Source: Novosphingobium sp.
GTDB lineage: Bacteria; Pseudomonadota; Alphaproteobacteria; Sphingomonadales; Sphingomonadaceae
DNA: 64,000 nucleotides
NCBI GenBank assembly: GCA_044225335.1
Contig: JBGAIR010000002.1
Coordinates: 8,643 to 72,642 of the forward strand
Direction of reading: 5' to 3'
Shown: positions 20,427 through 30,453 of the stretch, in pieces
How the letters are laid out: each line of letters opens with the position of its first letter
Numbering within the stretch: the stretch's first letter is position 1
Position numbers and translations under genes: made by a program
The notes under the pieces: model-generated
Database searches by the model: none
The model's input: the letters and a program-made list of their open reading frames with translations, nothing else
What the model was told of the DNA's origin: nothing

Positions 20427-21617
20427 TTACTGGCTTTCAGAGGCCAGACGGCATTTTCCGTCCATTTGGGTGATCCAACCGCGCAGCAGCGCCAGACCTT
20501 CGGCATGAACCAGCGAGCGGCCGATTTCCGGCATCATCGTGCCCGGCACGTCTGAGCCGACCCGGTAGAGCAGGATCGATTTTTCCGGCTCGCCCGGGGC
20601 AACGTCAAACGGCAGACCGCCGCCGCCATGCCCGCCGGCAACGATCTGCTTGCACACGCCGATGCGCCGCGGGCTGTTCCAGTCGACGCCATGTTCATGG
20701 CCCTGATCGAACCACAGGCCGGTGGTGCGCGCCGCCCCGACCGGGGAATGACAATGGCTGCAATTGATATCGAGATAGCTGCGCGCCCGGCGATCCAGCG
20801 GCAGTGCCTCATTGCGCCAGTCCACATTGGCGGGGATCGTGTTAGCCGCCGGAACCCCGGTCAGATAACCGAGCCGCACCAGCCGTGCGATCTGGTTGCT
20901 GTTGCCGAATACACCGGGAAAATCGCGATTGAGATGCCGGGCCTTGATCCCGATCGGCTCGATCCGGTTGATCTCGCCCTTGGTGAAATTGGGTGCGTGG
21001 CAATTGGCGCAGTCATTGGCGTTGGGCACGACATAGACGAAGCTCTTGCGCTCAGCGCCATCGGCAATGGTCAGCGGGACGGCATCGCCAACCCGTTCCA
21101 GCGTGGCATCGCGCTGGTCTTCATCCCAGACATAGGGCAGCGCCACCCAGCCATCGGCGCGGCGCACCAACAGGCGCGTTTCCATCAGCCGGGCATTGCC
21201 GACCCGCAGCCCGCCAACCCCGTTTTGATAATCGCTGTCATGCGGCTTGAGCACCTCATCGCCGCCCGGCTGCGCCGCAGGTTTCACCGGATAGTAAAAC
21301 GTCTTGGCAATAACCGTGCCGACCGGCAGATCAAAGGCGCGATCGGGATCGTAGCTGGCCTTGGCCCCCTTCGGGAAAAACATCACCCGCCACTTCAGCG
21401 TGTAATCGCTGAACAGCGGCGAGGCGAGTTCATAGGTCACCCCGTTGCTGCTGGCCTTCAGAAGATTGCCTTCGCGGTGGATCAGCCCCCAGCCGGACAG
21501 CTTGTCCGGAAAATCACCACGCTGGGTGCTGCTGGCGTCGGAATGGCCGGTCAGCAGGGCAAAGCCCAGCAGGGCCGCCACCATCGACCACAAGGCAAGG
21601 CGCAGGGTTTTGGGCAT
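20427..21617 (-). CDS. Periplasmic diheme c-type cytochrome (SO_2930-like family)
   Basis: Signal peptide plus two CxxCH motifs (CANCH and CSHCH). It lies 13 nt downstream of the beta-helix gene. Confidence 0.8.
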   Translation of the reverse strand: MPKTLRLALWSMVAALLGFALLTGHSDASSTQRGDFPDKLSGWGLIHREGNLLKASSNGVTYELASPLFSDYTLKWRVMFFPKGAKASYDPDRAFDLPVGTVIAKTFYYPVKPAAQPGGDEVLKPHDSDYQNGVGGLRVGNARLMETRLLVRRADGWVALPYVWDEDQRDATLERVGDAVPLTIADGAERKSFVYVVPNANDCANCHAPNFTKGEINRIEPIGIKARHLNRDFPGVFGNSNQIARLVRLGYLTGVPAANTIPANVDWRNEALPLDRRARSYLDINCSHCHSPVGAARTTGLWFDQGHEHGVDWNSPRRIGVCKQIVAGGHGGGGLPFDVAPGEPEKSILLYRVGSDVPGTMMPEIGRSLVHAEGLALLRGWITQMDGKCRLASESQ

Positions 21618-21630
21618 CGCATCGGGCCTT

Positions 21631-22854
21631 TTAGCGGATCACCACTGCGGGCTGACGGACAAAGCCGCTGCAATCCTTGCCCGGAACAACGCTGAACTGG
21701 CCGGGCTTCTTGGGATCGAGCTGGATCAGCTTGTCAGGCCCGGTCTGCAGGCAAATGCCGTTGTCACCGCCTGCATTGCGGGCATAGCCGTCCCAGATCA
21801 CATTGGTGCTCTGGCCCGCGGCGGTGATGGCCTGCGCCACCGGGAAGCGCACCAGATCCGGCGTGCCGCCGCCGCCCGAAATGCGATTGCCCGCGATATA
21901 GATCCGCTCCGGATAGGGATCATGCTCGCCAGGCGAACCGGCCTCGATCTTGTAGTCGGTCGAATAATCGCTGGCGACGGCAATCCCCATGGTGTTGTTG
22001 CCGCGAATGTCATTGTCGAAAATCTCGACATCGTCATTTGCCAGAACGATCACCCCGGTCCCGGCGGGAACAATGCTGACCGCAGTGCCCTTTGCCGCGA
22101 AATTCGGGGTGTTGTTGGTTTCCGAGACATTGTTGTGAATACGGGTCTTGCCGCCGGGCTTGGGCAGGTTGGGCATGTTGAACACCAGAATGCCGCCGGT
22201 GTTGTTGGTGGCGATGTTTTCATAAACATCGGCGCGGGTCGAATTTTCGATTTCGATACCCGCCACATTCGCCTCGGCCCGGTTGCGACGGACGATGATA
22301 TTGTCGGACTGGCCGACATAGATGCCAGCGTCAGACGAACCCGAAACCTCGCTATCCTCGATCAGCACATCGCTGCAGCCAACCGGATAGATGCCATAGG
22401 CGCCGTGGGTGGTGTTGTCGGGATTGGTCCAGCGCACCCGCACGTTGCGAAAGGTCACGCCCTTGGTACCATTGACCTTGATCCCGTCACCCTTGGTATC
22501 CTGCACGGTCAGATCGCTGACCAGGAAGTTGTCGCCCGTCACCAGCAGGCCGACCGGCCCGGCAACCATGGTGGAGAAAGACAACACCGTCTTGTCGCGC
22601 CCGGCACCGCGAATGGTGACGCCGGGCGTGGTGAGCGTCAGGCCTCGCATCAGGCGGTATTTGCCCTCGGGGATGGTGATGACATCGCCGGGCTTTGCAT
22701 CCAGCAGCTGTTCCTGCAGATGCTTTTCAAAGGCCCGGTCAGTAACGAAGCCATCGGCATCAGGCGCCGAGGCAAAAGCCGGAGCAGCCAGCCCCAGCGC
22801 CATCATGGCACCGCCCATTATCGCGAAACGCCGCGCTGCAAATGCTGCCTTCAT
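21631..22854 (-). CDS. Periplasmic parallel beta-helix repeat protein (NosD/CASH-like)
   Basis: Signal peptide MKAAFAARRFAIMGGAMMALGLAAPAFA. Repeated G-x-x-V/I-x-N-N turn motifs (..NNRISGGG.., ..IFDNDIRGNN.., ..VYENIATNNTGGILV..). Confidence 0.8.
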   Translation of the reverse strand: MKAAFAARRFAIMGGAMMALGLAAPAFASAPDADGFVTDRAFEKHLQEQLLDAKPGDVITIPEGKYRLMRGLTLTTPGVTIRGAGRDKTVLSFSTMVAGPVGLLVTGDNFLVSDLTVQDTKGDGIKVNGTKGVTFRNVRVRWTNPDNTTHGAYGIYPVGCSDVLIEDSEVSGSSDAGIYVGQSDNIIVRRNRAEANVAGIEIENSTRADVYENIATNNTGGILVFNMPNLPKPGGKTRIHNNVSETNNTPNFAAKGTAVSIVPAGTGVIVLANDDVEIFDNDIRGNNTMGIAVASDYSTDYKIEAGSPGEHDPYPERIYIAGNRISGGGGTPDLVRFPVAQAITAAGQSTNVIWDGYARNAGGDNGICLQTGPDKLIQLDPKKPGQFSVVPGKDCSGFVRQPAVVIR

Positions 22855-22909
22855 TGTCTTCTCCTCAAACCTATCGTGTCGATGGCCTCAGCCCTCGGCG
22901 CAATTGCGA

Positions 22910-25333
22910 TCAATATTTCAGCGTCACGCTGCCACCGAAGAAACGCGGTGCGGAAATACGCGTGTAGGGCGTGCCAAAGGTGGTGGTGGTGATGTTATTG
23001 ATTCCGTTGACATATTGCTTGTCGAACAGGTTCTCCACCCAGAAGGTCACCGTCACCCGCTCATTCGCGGTCTTCGCGCCGATCCGCGCGTTGACGGTGT
23101 TGCGCGCGGCACGCATCGTGCTGAGCTTGGTCCAGTCGACCCCGCCCAGCGCGGTAACCAGGGCATCATCATAGGGGGTGCGCACATTGGTGCGACCGCG
23201 TGAACGATGGCTCCAGTCAAAATCCGCGAACAATGAGCCAAAGCTGACCGGCGCGGAAGCATGCATGCCCAGCGCCATGTTGAGATAGGGTTCACCCGTC
23301 GGCTGGCCATTGAGCGAAAGCGTGATCGGACCGCCAACGGTCTGCACCTGCTCATTGCGCTTGGCCCAGCTGGAATCGATCCACGAAAGATTGCCGGTCA
23401 GGCTGAAATAGCGATTGAGCTTGAACGCCGTATCCAGATCGAAACCATAGGCGCGCGAACTGCCGGTGGTGGTGACATATTGCGGGATGGTGCTGCCGTT
23501 CTGCACCAGCGTGATCGACTGGCGGTTGTTGTAACGGAAATAATAGCCCGACAGGTTGAACCGCAGACGCCGATCGAGAAATTCCGATTTCAGCCCGGCT
23601 TCAAAATTCCAAACGCTTTCCGGATTGAAGAAGCTGTTGATCGCCTGCGAATTGAACCCGCCAGCCTTGTAACCACGCGAAGCGGAGACATAGGCCATCA
23701 CATCGGGATTGAACTTGTAGCTGATCACAAAACGCGGCGAGACATCATTGAAGCTGGCCTTGCGCGTGAATTCCTTGTTCTGCAACGCGCCCTGATTGAA
23801 GATCAGATTGCCGGTCGGATAGATCGGCGCGCCCGCCAGGAACGGCAGACCGGCAAAGGTGGTGTAGAAATCCAGCACTGAATAACTGGTGGCAGGGACA
23901 AACAGGTCCGGCACGCCGAACGAGTTCAGAACGGCGTTATAGACCGCGCCCGGCTGCTTGATTGCGGCCAGCCCCGGCGATTGCACGCCCGGTGCCAGCC
24001 AGGTAAATTCCTTGCGATCATTGGTATAGCGCAGACCGAAGCGCAGGCTCCATTTGTCGCTGACATCCCAGGTCACATCACCATAGGCGGCGAAGGATTT
24101 GTTGCGCGCGGTCCCGTTCATATCCTCGCGCCAGGTGTTGCCATAAACCGGGAACCCGGCCCCGGCGAGCGCACCGAACAGCGGCAGGCCGCCATCAGTG
24201 AGCGCGCGATCAATCGAATCGACCAGCGCCGTCACCGCGCTGGTCTGGCGGCCGACTTCGTTGAAATAGCTCGCCCCCAGCAGCCAGTGCAGCGCATCGC
24301 CATCATGCGACAGGCGCAGTTCCTGATAAAAGCTCTTGTTGCTTTCGATATTGTCGGTGTCGAGATAGCGGGTCGGATCGTTGGTGCCGTCCTCGTCCTC
24401 GCGGTTGGCGGTGGAAAATTTGCGATATGAGCTGATGCTGGTCAGCTTGATCCCGTCGGTGATCTGGCGGTCGATGGTCAGCGCATAGCCATTGAGCAGC
24501 CGGGTTTCTCGTGCGCCGCCCACAACATCATTGGCGAACTTGCCAAACGGGTCTTTCGACAGCGCATACTGGCTGATGCCGATCGCCACCGGGCCATCAT
24601 TGCGGGTTTCATCATGATCCCAGGCGAAGACAACATCGGTCAGCGCGTCCGGCGTCCAGCGGGCCGAAACCCGGCCCGATGTGGTGTGGATGAAGCCGCG
24701 ATCCTTGCCGCTGGCCGCATCGCGCAGCCAGCCATCGCGGCGATTGAGCAGGATATTGCCGCGCAGCTGGAAATTGTCGGACAGCGGCAGGTTGACCATG
24801 CCTTCCAGCCGCTTGGCATCATGATTGCCGAAATCGAGATTGGCCGATGCCGCCAGCCGCTTTTCCGGCTTTCTGGTGACGATGGAGATCGCCCCGGCAG
24901 AGGTGTTGCGGCCAAAGATGGTGCCTTGCGGGCCCTTCAGCACTTCCACCCGTTCGATATCGTTGAAGAAGATCAGCGCAGAGCCGGTGCGGGCGGTGTA
25001 GATGCCATCGACAAACACCGCCACTGCCGGTTCGGTGCCGATGCCGAAATCATCGGTGGAAACGCCGCGGATCGAGAAATGCGGCTGGGTGACCGAGCTG
25101 TCATCCACCGACAGGCCGGGGGTGAAGCTGGCCAGCGAGCCCAGGCTGATCGCGTGCAATTCGCTGATCTTGGCGGCATTCACCGCCACCACGCTGACCG
25201 GCACATCCTGAAGCCGCTCTTCCCGCTTTTGCGCGGTGACCACGATTTCATCGAGGCCGCTGGCCGCTGGCGTGTCGGGGGCAGACTGGCCATCCGCTGC
25301 AATTGCCGCGACAGGCACCGCCGCAATCGCCAT
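22910..25333 (-). CDS. TonB-dependent outer-membrane receptor
   Basis: Plug motifs IVVTAQKREERLQDVP and VEVLKGPQGTIFGRNTSAGAI, with C-terminal ..GGSVTLKY. The hydrophobic signal sequence continues upstream of ATG 25333 (..ITVTRLLLLALA-M), with no ATG/GTG/TTG before the in-frame TAA. The true start may be non-canonical. Confidence 0.88.
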   Translation of the reverse strand: MAIAAVPVAAIAADGQSAPDTPAASGLDEIVVTAQKREERLQDVPVSVVAVNAAKISELHAISLGSLASFTPGLSVDDSSVTQPHFSIRGVSTDDFGIGTEPAVAVFVDGIYTARTGSALIFFNDIERVEVLKGPQGTIFGRNTSAGAISIVTRKPEKRLAASANLDFGNHDAKRLEGMVNLPLSDNFQLRGNILLNRRDGWLRDAASGKDRGFIHTTSGRVSARWTPDALTDVVFAWDHDETRNDGPVAIGISQYALSKDPFGKFANDVVGGARETRLLNGYALTIDRQITDGIKLTSISSYRKFSTANREDEDGTNDPTRYLDTDNIESNKSFYQELRLSHDGDALHWLLGASYFNEVGRQTSAVTALVDSIDRALTDGGLPLFGALAGAGFPVYGNTWREDMNGTARNKSFAAYGDVTWDVSDKWSLRFGLRYTNDRKEFTWLAPGVQSPGLAAIKQPGAVYNAVLNSFGVPDLFVPATSYSVLDFYTTFAGLPFLAGAPIYPTGNLIFNQGALQNKEFTRKASFNDVSPRFVISYKFNPDVMAYVSASRGYKAGGFNSQAINSFFNPESVWNFEAGLKSEFLDRRLRFNLSGYYFRYNNRQSITLVQNGSTIPQYVTTTGSSRAYGFDLDTAFKLNRYFSLTGNLSWIDSSWAKRNEQVQTVGGPITLSLNGQPTGEPYLNMALGMHASAPVSFGSLFADFDWSHRSRGRTNVRTPYDDALVTALGGVDWTKLSTMRAARNTVNARIGAKTANERVTVTFWVENLFDKQYVNGINNITTTTFGTPYTRISAPRFFGGSVTLKY

Positions 25334-25503
25334 CGCCAGTGCAAGCAGCAGAAGCCGTGTGACCGTGATTTGTAAACTGCGGAATTACGAATGAAATTCA
25401 ACGCCATATTGTTTCCCCCTGACATCGGTCCTGCTTGTTGCGGCAGCCTTTTCGCAAACTATCAACTGCGCGCAACCCGGCGGATTTTGCACGAGTTGCA
25501 AAG

Positions 25504-25522
25504 ATCACCGGGTGATTGTCAA
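25504..25522 (-). promoter_or_regulatory. Candidate promoter/operator of the TonB-receptor operon
   Basis: On the minus strand, TTGACA is immediately followed by the 13-bp palindrome ATCACC-C-GGTGAT. A second inverted repeat, TTTGCA-N5-TGCAAA, lies just downstream. No experimental support. Confidence 0.25.
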
Positions 25523-25645
25523 GTTAACTGTCATTCCGATCGCGCCCTAAAATCGCGTGACGAAACTGGCCGGAGCGATTGCGCCAGAATTCCCTAGCGT
25601 CATTGCGCATGCAGCGATGTTTCAGGGGAGGCAATGCAGGGGAGG

Positions 25646-25719
25646 TGGAGCGGGTAAGGGGAATCGAACCCCTCTAGCCAGCATGGGAAGCTGGTGCATT
25701 ACCACTATGCTATACCCGC
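25646..25719 (-). tRNA. tRNA-Gly (anticodon CCC)
   Basis: I folded it by hand. Acceptor GCGGGTA/TACCCGC, D stem GCAT/ATGC, anticodon stem CCAGC/GCTGG with loop TTCCCAT, T arm AGGGG-TTCGATT-CCCCT, and an encoded CCA. 74 nt. Confidence 0.95.
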
Positions 25720-25798
25720 CCGGATTGCGCCGTGCGCCAAGGCGGCGCGCTTGCCACCAATATGGGGGCTTCGTCAATCGCTTTTGCCTGCGCAAAGC

Positions 25799-26482
25799 TC
25801 AGCTGTAGAGGCGATAGCCAACGCCGGGTTCGTTCCGCAGCAGGCTAGGGCGGGATGGGTCTGCCTCCAGCTTGCGGCGGATTCCACGCGCGGCCACGCG
25901 CAGATATTCGACATCGCTTTCATGCCCCGGCCCCCAGACCGAGCGAAGCAGCTGCGAATGCGTGACAACGCGCCCCGGTGACTTTGCCAGCTCGGCCAGC
26001 AGGCCATACTCCTTGGGCGTAAGATGCACCTCCTGACTGGAGCGGCGCACCTGCCGAACCGCCAGATCGATCTCGACATCGCCGCAGCGAACCACAGGTT
26101 CACCCGTTTCGGTCATCAAGCGATGCCGCAACGCGACCCTTATCCGGGCCAGAACCTCTTCGCTGTCAAAAGGTTTCGAAACGTAATCATCGGCGCCAAG
26201 ATCGAGCGCTGCCACCTTTTGATCCGTTTCCTCCCGCGCGGAAACCACGATCACCGCAGGCCCGGCTCCCTTGATCATGGTGATGAGTTCCAGCCCGTCG
26301 CGATCCGGCAGGCCCAGATCCAGCAGCGCTAGATCGGGCTTGTCGATCTGCACCGATGCCATTGCCTCGCGGGCATTGCCGGCCTCGACCGTGCGATAGC
26401 CGGCCCGCGCCAGGCTTGCATTGAGCAAACGCCGGATCGCCGGTTCATCGTCAACAATCAGGATTGTAACAGGGCGGCTCAT
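25799..26482 (-). CDS. kdpE: OmpR-family response regulator, KdpE-like
   Basis: Receiver domain (ILIVDDEP...LLDLGLPDRDG...) plus a winged-helix output domain (LTPKEYGLLAELAK..GRVVTHSQLL..VWG). Overlaps the kinase stop. Confidence 0.85.
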   Translation of the reverse strand: MSRPVTILIVDDEPAIRRLLNASLARAGYRTVEAGNAREAMASVQIDKPDLALLDLGLPDRDGLELITMIKGAGPAVIVVSAREETDQKVAALDLGADDYVSKPFDSEEVLARIRVALRHRLMTETGEPVVRCGDVEIDLAVRQVRRSSQEVHLTPKEYGLLAELAKSPGRVVTHSQLLRSVWGPGHESDVEYLRVAARGIRRKLEADPSRPSLLRNEPGVGYRLYS

Positions 26483-28050
26483 TCCTTTGGATATTCCTTC
26501 AGATGGCTGCCGGGGAACCCTATCCGAAAGGAGGCGCCGCGCCCAGCTTCACGGTTCATGGCGATCAACCCCAGCCCCATCGCCTCTGCAAATCCTTTGA
26601 CAATCGCAAGTCCCAACCCGGTACCACCTTTGCGATCCGATCCTTCGATGCGGGCGAAGGTTTCAAAAATGCGCTGCTCCTGCCCAGCCGGAATGCCGGG
26701 GCCTTCATCCTCGATGGCCAGCGTCATCCCGGTGCCATCGCGATAGGCGCGGATCACGATCGGCGTGGCTGTGCCGCCATATTTGGTGGCATTTTCGATC
26801 AGATTGATCAGGCAGTGGTGAAACAGCTGGGGGTCGACCATCGCCAGCGGCAATTCCGGCGCGATCTGCACGCTGGTTTCATGGCCTTGCAGCGCCGCAC
26901 CCAGATCCTCGATTGCGCTGCCCACCGCCTCGGCAAGATCGACCGGCTCGATCTTCTGATCCAGCGCGCCTGCCTCGATGCGGACCATATCCAGAAGGTT
27001 GGCGACAAAGCGGTGCAGCCGCTCCGCCGCCCCCTGTGCCGCGGCAATCTGCACGGCTTGACCAGGCGATGCCGGCTCAATTTCCCGCAGCGAGCCAAGC
27101 ACCGTGGTCAATGGCGTGCGCAAATCGTGACTGACCGAGGAAAGCAGGGCATGGCGCAGCCGATCCCGCTCTCGGATCCGGGCCAGGCTGGAGCTTTCCT
27201 CTTCCAGCGCGATCCGGCCCAGTGCCAGCCCAGCCTGATCGAGCAACCGCAGCAGCAAGGGCAACTGGTCTTGCTGCAGCGGGCTGCGCGCATCGCTGCG
27301 CGAAAGGCCGAACACCGCCAGCACCTGTCCGGCCGGGCCGACCGGATAAAACAGCCATTCCGATGCAGAGAGCGTATCCGTTTCCCGCCCGGCGGGCTTG
27401 TCGTGCTGGAACGCCCATTTTGCCGCGGTTTCATCCAGCATTTCCAGCTTGCAGCCGGGTGGCACCGAGCAACGCATGCTCAGCTGATCCCGTTCCGGCA
27501 TCAGTAGCACGGCATTGCAGCCCAGCAGTCCGGAAATTTCGCGGCACAGGATCGGAATCAGCTCCTCCGCCGTGCTGATACCGGTCAATTGCCGCGCAAA
27601 ACCCGCCAGCGCACTGTTCTGTGCGGCGCTGGCCTGCGCCAGCAACGCTTGCTCACGCACTTGCGATGCCAGCCGGCTGCCGACAACGGCCACTCCCAGC
27701 AGCACCAGAACCGTAATGATGTTTTGCGGATCCTGTATGGTGAAGGTGTGCAGCGGCGGAATGAAGAAGAAATTATACGCCAGCGAACAGGCCAGGCTGG
27801 TGACAATCCCGGTCCGCATCCCATAGCGCGTGGCCGCCAGCATCACCGGAATCAGGAACAGCAGGCCGATATTGGTGATATTGCCATGTTCAAAGAACGA
27901 TTTGCCGATCAGGGTGATGATCGCGCCAAGGCCCAGCGAAACCGCATAGCCCTGCCACATTCCCCAATCCGCACGCGGGGCCGAAAATGCCGGAGCATCG
28001 CGCCGCGCCCCGCCTTCGCACATATCTGGATCGACTCTGGTATCGGTCAT
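26479..28050 (-). CDS. KdpD-like sensor histidine kinase lacking the N-terminal KdpD/Usp sensor region
   Basis: The DUF4118-type membrane domain (NIGLLFLIPVMLAATRYG...AYNFFFIPP) is followed by a GAF-like linker, HisKA (SHDLRTPLTT) and an HATPase domain (GTGLGLAIVKG). The start could be ATG 28050 or the alternative start at 28122. Either way it is about 520-547 aa, against about 900 aa for canonical KdpD. Confidence 0.8.
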   Translation of the reverse strand: MTDTRVDPDMCEGGARRDAPAFSAPRADWGMWQGYAVSLGLGAIITLIGKSFFEHGNITNIGLLFLIPVMLAATRYGMRTGIVTSLACSLAYNFFFIPPLHTFTIQDPQNIITVLVLLGVAVVGSRLASQVREQALLAQASAAQNSALAGFARQLTGISTAEELIPILCREISGLLGCNAVLLMPERDQLSMRCSVPPGCKLEMLDETAAKWAFQHDKPAGRETDTLSASEWLFYPVGPAGQVLAVFGLSRSDARSPLQQDQLPLLLRLLDQAGLALGRIALEEESSSLARIRERDRLRHALLSSVSHDLRTPLTTVLGSLREIEPASPGQAVQIAAAQGAAERLHRFVANLLDMVRIEAGALDQKIEPVDLAEAVGSAIEDLGAALQGHETSVQIAPELPLAMVDPQLFHHCLINLIENATKYGGTATPIVIRAYRDGTGMTLAIEDEGPGIPAGQEQRIFETFARIEGSDRKGGTGLGLAIVKGFAEAMGLGLIAMNREAGRGASFRIGFPGSHLKEYPKE

Positions 28051-28122
28051 CGCGCCCGATTTGCGCCGGAAACGGCCATGGTGTCGAGAGCAAGCTTCAT
28101 CTCTGCCGCGAACAGCAAACAC

Positions 28123-28452
28123 TCAGCCGTGCCATCTGCCCTTCCAGTAGAAGGCGCTGCGCGCCGGGATCGGCATTTGCCGCAAGAGCCCGGGACCGAA
28201 CAGGGTCAGCGCCAGTCCGCTTGCCAGTGTGAAGGCGATGGCAGCGCAGATGGCGAATTCCGCCAATGTGGTGCCATGCGGCGGCGGCAGGGCGATCATG
28301 CGCTGTGCGACTGTGCCAAGCCAGAAACAGACCGAAAGCAATATTGCGCCGAACCCCCGCAGCAGCACCTCGGCTGCCCACCAGCGTTCGCCGTTGCGAA
28401 GGCGTTCAAGATTACGTGGCACGGCGCAGCTCCCGCACGAATGATGCGGCAT
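28123..28452 (-). CDS. Hypothetical small membrane protein (2 predicted TM segments)
   Basis: The ORF abuts the kinase gene and has hydrophobic segments GFGAILLSVCFWLGTV and FAICAAIAFTLASGLALTLFG. I recognise no homology. Confidence 0.35.
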   Translation of the reverse strand: MPHHSCGSCAVPRNLERLRNGERWWAAEVLLRGFGAILLSVCFWLGTVAQRMIALPPPHGTTLAEFAICAAIAFTLASGLALTLFGPGLLRQMPIPARSAFYWKGRWHG

Positions 28453-28541
28453 CCTGTCTGCGCCGTAGCGCCGTTAAGATTCCAAGGGAAATTCGGGCCG
28501 CTGCGTAAAGTTTCCGTAAAGCTCGTAGAGCAAGCGCGCAG

Positions 28542-30446
28542 ATGGGCTTATTTGCCCCCGCCATGAACAGCACTGAGGGGCAGCAGGCCCATAGCGACAG
28601 TCTTGGCACCCTGGCGATCGGCGCGATCGGCGTGGTATTCGGCGATATCGGCACCTCGCCGCTCTATGCGCTCAAGGAAAGTTTCATCGGCCACCATCCG
28701 CTTGCGGTCGATCCGGCGCATATCTTTGGTGTGCTGTCGTTGATCTTCTGGACGATGATGCTGATCGTCACGATCAAATATGTCTTCGTGATCCTGCGAG
28801 CGGACAACAAGGGGGAAGGCGGCAGCCTGGCGTTGCTGGCATTGATCGGGCGCAAGCTGGGCACGCATCGCTGGAGCCCGTTGATCGCGATCCTCGGCGT
28901 GATTGCCACCGCGCTGTTCTATGGCGATGCGATCATTACCCCGGCGATTTCGGTGCTGTCGGCGGTCGAGGGGCTGACCGTGATCAACGAAAGCTTCCAG
29001 CATTGGGTTCTGCCGCTGTCGATCGGCATTCTGGTCGGCCTGTTTGCCATCCAGTCACACGGCACGGCAGCAGTCGGCAAGCTGTTCGGCCCGCTGATGG
29101 TGATCTATTTCATCCTGCTGGCGGTGCTGGGCCTGATCAACATCATGGCTGCCCCGCAAGTCCTGTTGGCGCTGAATCCGCACTATGCGCTGGACTTCTT
29201 CCTGATCGATCCCAAGCTGGCCTTTCTCGCGCTTGGCTCGGTCGTGCTGGCCGTGACGGGGGCAGAAGCGCTCTATGCCGATATGGGGCATTTCGGCCGC
29301 AAGGCGATCATGGTTTCGTGGCTCTACATCGCCTTTCCCTGCCTGATGATCAACTATCTCGGGCAGTCGGCACTGCTGCTGAAGAACCCTGCAGCCATCG
29401 AAAATCCGTTCTTCCTGATGGCCCCCGAATGGGCGCGATTGCCACTGGTTGCGATAGCCACGCTGGCCACGATCATTGCCAGCCAGGCGGTGATATCCGG
29501 TGCCTATTCGGTATCGCAGCAGGCGGTTCAGCTTGGCTTTCTGCCGCGGCTCAAGATTCTGCACACCAGCGCCAAGGCAGCAGGCCAGATCTATGTTCCG
29601 CTGGTCAACTGGGGACTGCTGATTCTGGTGATCATCCTTGTTCTTGGCTTCAGAAGCTCCAGCAATCTCGCCGCCGCTTATGGCATCGCCGTTACCGGCA
29701 CGATGTTCATCACCGCCTGCATGCTGGGCGTACTGACCTTCACCGTGTGGAAATGGCATCCGCTGCTGGCCACGCTGGTAACTGGTGCATTTCTGCTGGT
29801 GGATGGGCTCTATTTCGCTTCGAACATCACCAAGATTCCTGATGGCGGCTGGTTCCCGCTGCTGATCGCGGCGATTGCCTTCACCCTGCTGACGACCTGG
29901 GCCATGGGCCGAAAGCTGGTCCGCGCGCGGCTCGAGGAAGATGCCATGCCAATCGATCTCTTCCTGAAATCGGCGGGCAGCTGGGTAAAGCGCGTCGCCG
30001 GAAGCGCGGTGTTCATGGCTTCAAGCGTGGAAGGCATCCCGCCGGCACTGCTGCACAACCTGAAGCACAATCATATCCTGCATGAGCGGGTGGTGATCCT
30101 GAAGGTGTCGATCGAAAGCGTGCCGCATGTTGCACCGGATGCGCGCCGCGAAGTTGAGGATCTTGGTGCCGGGTTCTACCGGATCATCCTGCATTATGGC
30201 TTCATGGATGAAATCGATGTGCCCGCCGAACTGGCGGTGGAAGACCGGGCGGGCGGTCCGTTCAAGACCATGGAGACCAGCTATTTCCTGGCGCGGCAGA
30301 CCCTTATCGCCTCAAAGCGCCCCGGCATGGCGATCTGGCGGGAAAAACTGTTCGCATGGATGGTGCGCAACGCGGAAAGCGCCATGCAGTTCTTCAAGCT
30401 GCCGACCAATCGCGTCATCGAACTTGGCAGCCAGCTGGAAATCTGA
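28542..30446 (+). CDS. kup: Potassium uptake transporter Kup (KUP/HAK/KT family)
   Basis: [20 protein letters not shown] and [13 protein letters not shown] motifs. 634 aa. The start is possibly ATG 28563. Confidence 0.95.
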   Translation: MGLFAPAMNSTEGQQAHSDSLGTLAIGAIGVVFGDIGTSPLYALKESFIGHHPLAVDPAHIFGVLSLIFWTMMLIVTIKYVFVILRADNKGEGGSLALLALIGRKLGTHRWSPLIAILGVIATALFYGDAIITPAISVLSAVEGLTVINESFQHWVLPLSIGILVGLFAIQSHGTAAVGKLFGPLMVIYFILLAVLGLINIMAAPQVLLALNPHYALDFFLIDPKLAFLALGSVVLAVTGAEALYADMGHFGRKAIMVSWLYIAFPCLMINYLGQSALLLKNPAAIENPFFLMAPEWARLPLVAIATLATIIASQAVISGAYSVSQQAVQLGFLPRLKILHTSAKAAGQIYVPLVNWGLLILVIILVLGFRSSSNLAAAYGIAVTGTMFITACMLGVLTFTVWKWHPLLATLVTGAFLLVDGLYFASNITKIPDGGWFPLLIAAIAFTLLTTWAMGRKLVRARLEEDAMPIDLFLKSAGSWVKRVAGSAVFMASSVEGIPPALLHNLKHNHILHERVVILKVSIESVPHVAPDARREVEDLGAGFYRIILHYGFMDEIDVPAELAVEDRAGGPFKTMETSYFLARQTLIASKRPGMAIWREKLFAWMVRNAESAMQFFKLPTNRVIELGSQLEI

Positions 30447-30453
30447 CCGGGCC

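Noticed and set aside
21445-22992. 515-aa ORF overlapping the beta-helix gene on the opposite strand. Also 20628-21695 (+) and 19099-20088 (-)
   Set aside because: These are shadow ORFs opposite well-supported genes, which have signal peptides, CxxCH sites and AMP-binding motifs.
25334-25800. Genomic island integrated at tRNA-Gly (likewise at tRNA-Ser, 63925)
   Set aside because: There is no integrase, no visible direct repeat of the tRNA 3' end, and the flanking genes look native in composition. The only compositionally foreign block (30.4-33.0 kb) is not adjacent to either tRNA.
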